26,626 nucleotides of DNA from Eledone cirrhosa (Eukaryota), in assembly GCA_964016885.1 (NCBI GenBank), contig CAXHJY010001508.1:1-26626 (forward strand), given 5' to 3'. Shown here piece by piece: positions 12,783-22,356 of the stretch; the first letter of the stretch is position 1, and each line of letters begins with the position of its first letter. The notes below the pieces were generated by a model, which saw only the letters and a program-made list of their open reading frames with translations, ran no database searches and was not told the origin of the DNA. The position numbers were made by a program, and so were the translations under genes.

Positions 12783-15098
12783 CGCAAACAAAGACGTACA
12801 TACACAAGCATACGCAAAACCTTACCATAGGAATACAACCACGCACATATAAATATGTGTGTGTGTGTGTATGCTTGTGTACAAATAAATAAATAATTAT
12901 ATAAACGTATATAAGTAAATAAATACGTATATAACAAGCGCACACACATACCTACATATAAATACACGAATGTTCGGAGACGAACGTTCAACTAAAACAA
13001 GAAGTACACATATACACACACCCACCATATGTACGAACCTGCATACTCACGCAGACGCAAAACTCCCGTATACACATTGCCAAACCCTAAATACCAGAAT
13101 ATATAAACATTATAGGCCATAACAATCAAATATACGTACGAGAAGGTGTACAACCTTCACAAAACATACAGGTAATATATTCTTACCTATTCAAATAAGT
13201 AAAGGAATAAATAAAACATATACTTAGCTCCCACATCAGGACGTAAAATATCCACGTATAGATCGTACTATCCGTTAGGGTATAATGTGGGGCTGTAGTA
13301 CAGGAAAGTTTTGTGTAATTTATGTTTACAAGCCGAAATTGCCTCAGATTTTTTGTTTAAGATGTGATCTGTGGCGTAGAGTATTTCCAGGGCCTCAGCG
13401 GTGCAGAGGTCACATGGTCTTATATTTCCGTTATACGATCTAGCCCTAGCTAGGATCTCCCAGTGTAACTTATATTGGGTGTGGTTATCTTTTAGACTCC
13501 AGATATAAGCTGAAAGTGACGTCATATTCCTTCTTAGAGGGTAACGAAAAGAATGGGTATGCATGTAAAGACGCTGCTTGAAACTATTGGCGGTTAACCC
13601 TATGTAGGCCCTACGGGACGTGGGTGTTACAACCTTACATTTGTAGACAATGTTACTAGAGAGGCATTTCCCGGATACGGGGCAATCAGCCCGATTCCTA
13701 CAATTACAGTTAGTACTAACTACAGGGTTGCACGTGTTCCTACGGCGAGGTAGTTTAGCTAAATTTGAAGCTGTGATGTTATGTGCAATGTTAGGAGTCG
13801 TAGAGCAAGAAATTTTAATAGTATTTCTATTAAAAATTTTACTATATTTATGTGTAGGGGGAAAATGCTTCGTAATAAGGGAAAGAAAGATCTTAGCTAA
13901 TGGTGTGGCCACCTCCATATTATATGGTGGGTTAAACCAACAAATGCGACGGGATCTATTTCTTCTAGGTCTATTTTCGTACTCTGTATATGCTACCTTA
14001 TCGACAAATCCACTTCGAGCAAGAGCTTCATTGTAATTAGTGGAATGGTCGTTGAAAATGCGCTCGTTGGTGGAAAGACGAGAAAGCCTCAACGAAACGT
14101 TTCTTACCAGGTTCTTGGTTATGCTGGCGGGATGGTTGGAATGCTTACTTATGTAATTAAGCGTATCATTCGGCTTTCTATACGGGTAATACAACCCGTT
14201 CAATAAATTGAGGGTAACGTCGAGGTAATTAACGACCGAGAGATTGGCCTCAACCTGTATAGAGGGGTTGAAGCCTTTAAAGAAGGCTGTGAGTTCTTTT
14301 CTGAACCTGTCGCAAGCACGAGGTCCGCACTTAGTCATGGTCGAAAGACCATCGTCACGGTACAAACCACCGCCCGCGTTGAGAAATTCGTCCTTGATAG
14401 AGAAAAGAAGGAAAAGGCCAATAAGATCAGTAACCTCCGCAGAGTCACTGGCGCCCATACTCACGTCGAATGGGGTACTATTGGATTTTTTAATCCAAAT
14501 GGAGTCGTGGAAATTAATCACCGACTTTCGGGCATTAAGGATGACATCAACTTCGAAATCCTTAACCGCTGTGAGTGTTTTAGCGAAATTGATAGCTCTA
14601 AGGAGAAGTGGTAAAGTGATGGAGGAGTAGTAATTGTTGATGTCGAATTGGACAAAACGGCAATTTTCCTTGTTACATATGCCGTTAAACCAATCAATCA
14701 CCGCGAAAGAATTGTTCCACAGTGCGAGAGGGGCCAAACTTCTAATTTCAGGTATAATTCTATCAAGAATCGTTTTACTAAGTCTACCTAAATCGGACTT
14801 CGTAGAGTTAATAAGCCGAATAGAGGGGTTGTTCGGAAAATTGGATTTGTGATCCTTCAGGGTAAAGTGGGGAGAAATAGGGTCCAGAGGTTCGGTCCGG
14901 TCCAGGATGTTGAGATCAGATGTGATTTTAAACCCAGCATCGTTGATTTCATTGATGACGCACCGATTAGTTTTACGGTAATCCTTAGTTACAGCATTAT
15001 GTAGTAGTTGATGGTAAGTACTGCGCTCCACTTGATATAGGTTGCCAGTTTTGTCGGAATGGACGTGCACGGCGTTAGAATCCTTAATAGAATGATAG
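12783..15098 (-). mobile_element. Penelope-like element 2 (PLE-2), 5'-truncated; no terminal hammerhead found
   Basis: Uninterrupted RT plus GIY-YIG frame, then a ~480 bp TG/TA-rich 3' region merging with the TA array. The 5' end is fused to the unidentified repeat at 15099. Confidence 0.9.
13268..15098 (-). CDS. PLE reverse transcriptase plus C-terminal GIY-YIG endonuclease (N-terminally truncated, otherwise open; Hydra-clade-like)
   Basis: YHSIKDSNAVHVHSDKTGNLY, FTLKDHK, IRLINS, FVQFDINNYY, MGASDSA, YRDDGL, YLDVTL, WFNPPY, linker CNCRNRADCP, IVYKC..AYIG, FKQRL..H, CDLC..E..LN..CKH. The GTG start at 15070 in the ORF track is not a true initiator. Confidence 0.92.
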
Positions 15099-15605
15099 AA
15101 TTTTAGTCTACGACTTCTGCTATACCATTTACGTGGTTTTGTCTTTGCGTGCTATTATTCTCCACGCTCCACATATGACTTATTATCTTCGTTTTTTCGT
15201 TCATTGCCAAAGAACGTCTCTATGAACCACCTAAGAGAACATTAGTCTACGACCTCTTTTACACATAAACGTGGTTCTGCCTTTGCGCGTAATTGTTTTT
15301 CACCGCTCCTATTAATGACGTATTATTCGTTTTTTCCCGTTCTTTGCCAGCGAACGTTACCACGAACCAAAGTATCGTCTTCCTGTCTTCCTCCGGTTGC
15401 AACGTTTTTTGAAATATCCACTTCTGCGTTTACAGATTGACTTTGTTAGTTTCAGAAGATCCCGTTAAGGGTGAAAGCAGCGATTCTTTGCTTAAACTTT
15501 AATCTGTTATTTTAATAAATATTTGCTCTACGGTTCTTATATATTTGATATATATTTATCCTTATCGAGCCCTCTTTGGATTTTAGTCTTCAATTTTATT
15601 ATTAT
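15099..15605 (-). repeat. Unidentified dispersed repeat, copy B
   Basis: 15099-15374 matches 1-277 inverted. Non-coding sequence continues to a short ATT/TA tract at ~15600-15638; the distal boundary is uncertain. Confidence 0.75.
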
Positions 15606-15680
15606 TACTATATTATATATATATATATATATTATATTAATGAAAAAGAACAAAGGAACTATTATGACATTATAACAAGT

Positions 15681-15736
15681 TTATTGCCGACAGCCGTTTC
15701 GTCCGACCATATGGTGGGACTTTTCAAGGCATATAA
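15681..15736 (-). ncRNA. Type I hammerhead ribozyme, U3-A8 core variant
   Basis: Minus strand: UUAUAUGCC-UUGAAAA-GUCC-C-ACCAUAUGGU-C-GGAC-GAAAC-GGCU-GUC-GGCAAUAA. Stem I UGCC/GGCA (plus UUAU/AUAA), stem II GUCC/GGAC. Predicted cleavage between 15689 and 15688. Confidence 0.82.
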
Positions 15737-16681
15737 CAGGTGATTGTAAGTTCATTATTTACATCAACGTTTCACTCGAGATTAGCAGTTTGAAATTGTG
15801 GTATACATCAGCAGCTCCGCTTGTATATTTGGGGTCTATATTCTAAGGGGGCTCTTTTATATTAGTTGTCGGAGTTGTAAAAGGGATGGGTTATGGGGAG
15901 TTAAGAGAATTTGAAAAGGGCCTAAGAGTCAGGGATTGAAGGTTAAAAATTAGATAATTTATAATTTACGCATTAAAAGTAAAAGACTTGGGATCTCGTA
16001 GAAGCACCTTAAAAAATCCCTCAATAAGTGCATAAAGCTTATAAGCCCCAATAAACCTAACAAACCAGAAGAGATTAAGAGACTAAAAAAATAAAAAAAT
16101 AAAAATATAAAGTTTCCTAAAAAAATATAGAGTTTCCTAAAAAAATTCCTTTGAAAGAAAAAAAATGTTCCTCCCCAGAGATCACTTAAAAAATTTCAGA
16201 AAATTTACGAAGTTTTGATAATCCCTACTAAGTTGAAAGAAACTAATCAATTAAAGGTTAATTCAAAAAGCCTTCAAAAAATCCCTCAGAAAAGGCCCCT
16301 TTAATATTTTTAATAAGAACCTCTTCCGAGATACCCTTCGAAGAATTAAAATTTTAGAGAGCCCTTAAAGATATATATAAACGAATTGAGGAAAATTACA
16401 AATTAAAAGTTAAAAATTACGGGATTTGGGATATCCGAGGAATTTTCAAAGGGCTGCTTCAACAGATACAACTTGGGTATAATAGATAAAATAATTTAAG
16501 TAATTTAATTAGGGAGCAATTCAAAGAGCTTATCAAGTTGGGCAAGATTAAAGAAAATGATAAGTAAGAAAATACATAAGCAAAAAGATAATAATTATAA
16601 AATGTATTTTTAAGAAGGTATAAGGTAGCTTCAGTAATCTAATAATGTACTATCAAAAAATTATTATAAAATTATTAATAC

Positions 16682-16933
16682 AGGATTAACAAAGACATAA
16701 TAATATATTCCTGCCTAATTAACAAACAATCAATAAACAATTAACAGTCAAGCAAAATTAGCTCAGGGATATCCCGCGCTCGGATACTTTACACACATAC
16801 AGCAACACATAGGATTAACAAAGACATAATGGTATATTCCTGCCTAATTAACAAACAATCAATAAACAATTGATAGTCAAGAAAATGTACTCAGGGATAT
16901 CCCACGCACGGATACTTTACACACATACAGCAA
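16682..16933. repeat. Tandem duplication, 2 x ~129 bp
   Basis: AGGATTAACAAAGACATAAT...GGATACTTTACACACATACAGCAA starting at 16682 and 16811; each unit contains the palindrome GGGATATCCC. Confidence 0.92.
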
Positions 16934-17799
16934 GATGAACAATACAGGTGACCTTGTGGGTGCGATATCCATTGTGCGCATGTAGTCATCTGCATAGCTC
17001 CAGGCACAGTTGGTCTTGTTTAAAAGTTCAGAGTTCACGAATCAACTGGGATTCACTATCAGCTGTGTGGACTCTCTGGGAAATGTACCTGTGGATCAAA
17101 TAGCTAGTGGTTGCTGGGTGTGGTCCGTTCGATCTTTTAGTTTCGGGGATTGCACGCGTTTGTGATAGATCAGCTTGCCGGTTCTAAATCCAAGGTCTCA
17201 CTGCATAGGTTGTATTGGTTTACATGCTATATTGGTAAAAAAAACCAGTATGGATTTGACTGGGGTGGTATATTGCGTCTCTTGCTAATATCTCCTCCTC
17301 TCACGAACTCCAAGCACACACGCGACTGGTCAAATGCGAAGGGCTGTCCCCTCTTTGTTTGTTGTAGGGGTCGGTTCCAGCTTAGATGGTGGTCGTGTTA
17401 TCCATATTTCGTCAGCCATGCATATTCAAGACAGATCAGGGTATATATTTGCGGGTATGGTCCGGCGTCTACGCTATCCAAAGGGTCTCTCTTGTGGTAT
17501 TTTCATGTTCGCATGTCATCTCCCGGTTAAGACTGCGCATGCTTCGATGAATCTCATGCATGGAATCTTGGGGTATCATATTACACGGGGTGACTAGCAG
17601 AAAATATATATTCCATGCTATCGCGCACGCGCTGGCCTGTGGTTACGACCGTGTCCAGTCTCGGGTAGTAGCAGACAGCAGGTAGACTAGCTAGACACAC
17701 CCCTCGACAAGTAAGGGGCACAACCCCTAACTTATCGAGTGGTCAGACATCAAGGGAGTCAACTCTCCAAGCCCATTAAGTCAACCGTGGTAATATACA

Positions 17800-17865
17800 A
17801 AAAAATCCCTATTAATAAAGAACTAACTCAAAAAACCCCACTAATAATAAAGAACTAACTCAAAA
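17800..17865. repeat. Short tandem duplication, 2 x ~32 bp
   Basis: TAATAAAGAACTAACTCAAAA occurs twice. Confidence 0.8.
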
Positions 17866-18278
17866 GAAATGAATGGGGGAGAATGGGGAGGGGCATCTAC
17901 TTGGGCGGGGGTTTATTGGGGGAGGGGGGTTGATTGGTTATAGGCAGGGAGCGGCCGCCATATTGGGTGTTCTGCTCCTGTTTCCTTGGGCAAGTTCCCG
18001 AATTTGTTGACATACATCTCCGACGGCACCTCCCCAGATTAGTCAACGTGGGTCCAGGCACTCGCAATGTCCCACACCGCAGGCATCAGCTGCCCCAGGG
18101 TGCCCAGCAACAATGCTGCCACCAATCCCAAGTTGGCAATTGGGACACAGGGTCGACTGTTCCTCACCAGAGTCCCCATCGGCAATCGGGGAGCCGAGGC
18201 ATCAATGCGGCCGGGGTTACTCAAGAGCACCCTATTCGCCAGCGGGGCAGCCATGTGCAGGACAGGGTGGGGTCAGGG

Positions 18279-20425
18279 CTATGTGTCTGGTCTGAAGAAA
18301 AAGAAAGAGCTAAGTATAGTATGGGGGCAGGACGAGAAGATTTCTGACCTCCTGTTGAGCAAGTTGAGTCCTGAGAATACTATGGCATGAGATTCAGTTA
18401 GGCACAGGCTACAAAACCTGTTCAACGAGCTATATGGAGGAGCTTTAGTAAGGCATCTCCAGCTTAGTGTGTAGGGGGTTTTTGTTTGTTTTAAGTTATG
18501 TATGTGTCCCGCTAACGACGTGGTATTTTTAAGCTTCTCATATCGGAAGCTATGCTGGTGGGCGTTGAATCTCGTCTTGAACTGGTTAGCGGTTGACCCC
18601 ACATACGTCTTAGTATACGTATCTGTGGTTACGTTACAAGCATATACTACATTCCTAATAAGGCAGTGTCCAGCTAGTGGGCATTTGTCCTTCCGTCTGC
18701 AATTACACTTTCTAATAGGGTCATGCTCCTCAATCAGGAGTGCATGTCCCTCCAAGCGGCCGCGGAGCTGCCTAGTGGGACCGGTTCTATTGCCTGTTAT
18801 CCCCCTGGGTCTTTCACTCAGTGGGTTGGTCCCGTGTTGTCGTGTGTACTGGCATGGTTCACTATTTCGGATGGCCTTAAGTCCTTCTTTAATCTTACTC
18901 TTATTGGTCTTAGCTAGGTGTGAGGCCAGATTAGGGGTTGTCGAGTACGATAGTTCGATAGTATTCTTATTGATGACAGTACCGTACCTACTACCTGGGG
19001 GGAAGTTCCTATCTATTAAAGAGAAAAAAGATTTGGGGAGGTCTGTAGTAATATTAGAGTTGAAGGGCGGGCTAAAGAAGGTACTATCACGTCTTCTATT
19101 CCTTCCACTGCGTTTCTTATCCCCTATGCTGCTTACCCTCTCTTCATCTATATTATTACGGGTTCTACCAGGTGTGGTTGCTGGGCTCCCAGTGGTATGT
19201 GTGTTGGTCTCGAATCTCCTAGGCCTCTGGCCCCTGTTTTCACTGTTGGACTTGCTTGGGGCGGCGTAGCGCTTTCCAGGCGCGTGGGCCCTATCCGTGT
19301 CTGCATTGCGAGTGTTGTTGTTCTTAGCTAAATTCCTATTGTCCCTATTCGTCTTTCTAGCTCTCCCCCCATCTCCCATGGACATATTATGCGTGATTAC
19401 AGTGCTGGGTTGGGGTGGTGAGGTGGTGCCGCCTGTCTCAACATAATGGAGTTTATCTTTGTGCCCTGACCTAGCTAGCGCCTTATTGTAATACTCCGCG
19501 TTCGCCTCAAATGCGGTCACGCTGCTAGATAGTCCGCTAATCCTACTAGATACTCCCTTAACTATTGCTTTGAGGACTGAGCCTGGGTGGTTGGAGTTGG
19601 CATTGACGTATGTCAGCCTCTCGTTAGGTTTATGGTACGGTGCATATTCTAACTTATCTAGGTCTAGTGTGGCATCTAGAAAGTTGACTACCTTACTATT
19701 TCTATCCATAGTTATTGATAGGCTAAAGTTCTTGAAAATTTATATAGGTCCTTTCTAGCTCTTTCTAGGTTGTGTCGTTTAAACTCCACAGTAAGCAATG
19801 CGTCGTCACGGTATAGCCCACCTCTGAGGTGTGGGAACTGCTCATTGAGCTCCTTGAGCAAGTACAATCCGACGAGGTCTGTCACCTGTGCTGAGTCACG
19901 AGACCCCATAGTGATGTCGAAGTTATTACGAGTGTTTTTGCGCGTCCACAATTCATCCTCAAATGTGATAATTGTTTTACGAGCGGCAAGGACTATGTCA
20001 ATCTGAGATCTAGTGAGTCCGCCCGTCCGCAGTGCCATCATGAGCGTCTTATTCAGTAGTATGGGGGATATAGACGTATAGTAGGAGTCTATATCGAACT
20101 GGATGAAGCGTAGTGACTTGTGGTTGCTAATGCTTGAGAACCACTTTATCACTTCTGCAGTGTTTCCCCATAGGTCCAGGCTAATCCTGTCCTTAACTTT
20201 CGGTATGACTTCATCTAGTATTTTTTTACTTATAATCCCTATGTCAGATTTAGAGGGGCTAATGAGCCTGACAGAGGGGCTACTTGCAAAGTCCTCCTTA
20301 TGATCTTTCAATGTGAACCTTGGTTGTCGGGGGGTGTAAGGTTGTGTGCATTTCTCTAGTCCTAGCTTCGTTACTATCACTTTAGTCTCCCTGTCAATCT
20401 CATTTAGGTTGGCTACAGTGATCAT
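18279..20425 (-). pseudogene. PLE-3 RT/GIY-YIG polyprotein with a single frameshift at ~19740
   Basis: FTLKDHK, VRLISP, FIQFDIDSYY, MGSRDSA, YRDDAL. One extra base at ~19740 restores KDLYKIFKNFSLSITMDRNSKVVNFLDATL. Then FFSPPF, CNCRRKDKCP, VVYAC..TYVGST, FKTRF..H, CSLCLTE, LLNRRSE, CPH. Confidence 0.92.
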
Positions 20426-20459
20426 CGCGATTCACATACAACCTACCATACATCTTGCT

Positions 20460-20917
20460 TATATATATTATATATATATTATATATATATTATATATATA
20501 TATATTATATATATATATATTATATATATATATTATATATATATATATATTATATATTATATATATTATATATTATATATATAATATATTATATATATAA
20601 TATATTATATATATATAATATATTATATATATATATATATATTATATATTATATATATAATATATTATATATTATATATATTATATATATATATTATATA
20701 TATATATTATATATTATATATATTATATATATAATATATTATATATATATATATATATTATATATTATATATATAATATATTATATATTATATATATTAT
20801 ATATATTATATATTATATATATATATATATTATATATATATATATTATATATTATATATTATATATATTATATATATATATATTATATATATATATATTA
20901 TATATATATTATATATA
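20460..20917. repeat. Irregular (TA)n-derived array
   Basis: Pure A/T, mostly TT interruptions with some AA. Confidence 0.95.
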
Positions 20918-22356
20918 CAGTGCCCCGCAAAAGTTTACAACACATTAGGAAAAATGCAGTTTTAGGTATTTTTAATAAAGTTAGGGTAATGAAAATTTAA
21001 CTACTGATAGAACATATAATGAGGCATTTAATGATACAATCATATTTTTAAAAAAATAACAAGGAAATAACACATGAAGAAAAATCAATATTTTTATAAC
21101 GCAAAAGTTTACAACACATTTTATATTTATCGCTTTTTTTCAAGAAAATTCTTAAATTTTCAGATTTAAAATTCAGTAGAATGTTCTAGATTAGGTTTAA
21201 GGTAACTTCTCAGGACTATTAAAAACATTACATCATTATTTGTCTGACAACCATCCTGTAAACATTGACAACTGTCCTGTAAACATGGACAATATGGGGA
21301 AAAATAAACTGATTGATCAAGACCTCTGTAAACGCATTGTAGACCTTCATACAAATGGTGTTGGTTATAGAAAGATATCTTGTCAGTTAAATGTGCCATT
21401 GAGTTCAGTTGGTACAATAATTCGTCAATGGAAATCTCATCATTCCATCTGTCCTCTAATTAGTTCTGGTTGTCCTAGAAAGATAATGGAACGTGCAGCT
21501 CGGTTATTGACGAGAAAGGTTGGCAACGAACCCCGGTGTACTCTTAAAAATCTTCAGGATGACATAGAAGAAAGTGGAGTAAAAGTGAGCACAGATACAA
21601 TTAGTCGTTCACTTCGTCGATATAATATCTTCTCGAGGTCTCCAAGGAAAACACCACTTCTTACGAGGAAACACGTTCTTCGTCGATTAAACTTTGCAAA
21701 TGAGCATCTCATCAAACCTGCGTCATTTTGGGAAGATGTACTTTGGTCGGACGAAACAAAAATTGAACTTTTTGGTCGAAATGCTGTGGCAAAAGTCTGG
21801 AGAAAGAAAGGTACTGAATATTCGCTGAAGAATACTATTCCAACTGTAAAATTTGGAGGTGGATCAATCATGGTCTGGGGTTGCTTTAGTGCCACAGGAG
21901 TAGGAAATATTGAAATAATAGAAGGAAGTATAGGTGGCACTTATTATAGAGGTATTTTCCAAAGGAATTTACATCAAAGTGCATATTCTCTCAGCTTAAA
22001 GCCAGGTTGGTTTTTTCAACAAGATAACAATCCAAAGCATACTGCAAAGCTAACACATTCTTGGTTAAGTACGAATGGAATAAATTTTCTAAAATGACCA
22101 TGTCAGTCGACAGATCTTAACCCGATCGAAAATTTGTGGAGAGAATTCAAAAAAGGAAACCCCAAAATATCCCTGAACTAAAGAAAATTTGTTGTGAAGA
22201 ATGGATAAATATTAGCCAAGAAACATGCAAGAAGTTTGTAGGAGGCTACTCCAAATGCCCTACAGGCTGTAATTAGCAACAAAGGTTACGCTACGAAATA
22301 TTAAGAGATGATTTAATAAATGTGTTGTAAACTTTTGTGTTATAAAAATATTGATT
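20918..22356 (+). mobile_element. Tc1-family DNA transposon, IR/DR type; right TIR truncated
   Basis: TA|CAGTG start. Perfect 20 bp direct repeat GCAAAAGTTTACAACACATT at 20927-20946 and 21101-21120. 22318-22356 is the inverted copy of 21083-21121 (one mismatch); the outer right TIR is missing. Confidence 0.93.
21294..22304 (+). pseudogene. Tc1 DD34E transposase, inactivated
   Basis: MGKNKLI.., HTH region, GCPRK (GRPR-like), WSDETK, VWGCF, QQDNNPKH, [W>stop at 22095-22097]PCQSTDLNPIENLW with 34 residues between D and E. Further indels after ~22150; ends KGYATKY*. Confidence 0.93.

Larger units (their letters stand above)
15639..20440 (-). mobile_element. Penelope-like element 3 (PLE-3), 5'-truncated, with an apparent ~2.6 kb 3' region ending in a hammerhead
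   Basis: RT/GIY-YIG at 18279-20425. No TA array between the stop codon and the co-oriented hammerhead at 15681-15736. Assigning the whole 3' region to this element is inferred. Confidence 0.72.

Noticed and set aside
294-12852. Long I/Y-rich ORFs (294-1412, 5309-5938, 6033-6641, 7723-8556, 10477-11220, 11785-12852; likewise 20455-21000, 24471-25212)
   Set aside because: Translations of TA satellite; TT-polarised arrays simply lack TAA stops on one strand.
13080-13095. AACCCTAA and scattered TTAGGG as telomeric repeats
   Set aside because: Isolated single copies with no tandem array.
13225-13245. CTGATGT in the PLE-2 3' UTR as a hammerhead core
   Set aside because: A9 is missing and there is no downstream GAAA on that strand.
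19725-19750. Programmed -1 frameshift in PLE-3 (and at ~4450 in PLE-1)
   Set aside because: No in-frame X_XXY_YYZ slippery site, positions differ between elements, and PLE-2 is continuous. More likely 1 bp homopolymer deletions or sequencing errors.
13650-20303. Plus-strand ORFs overlapping the PLE genes (e.g. 13650-14036, 14244-14630, 18502-19269)
   Set aside because: Antisense shadows of the RT frames with no recognisable motifs.
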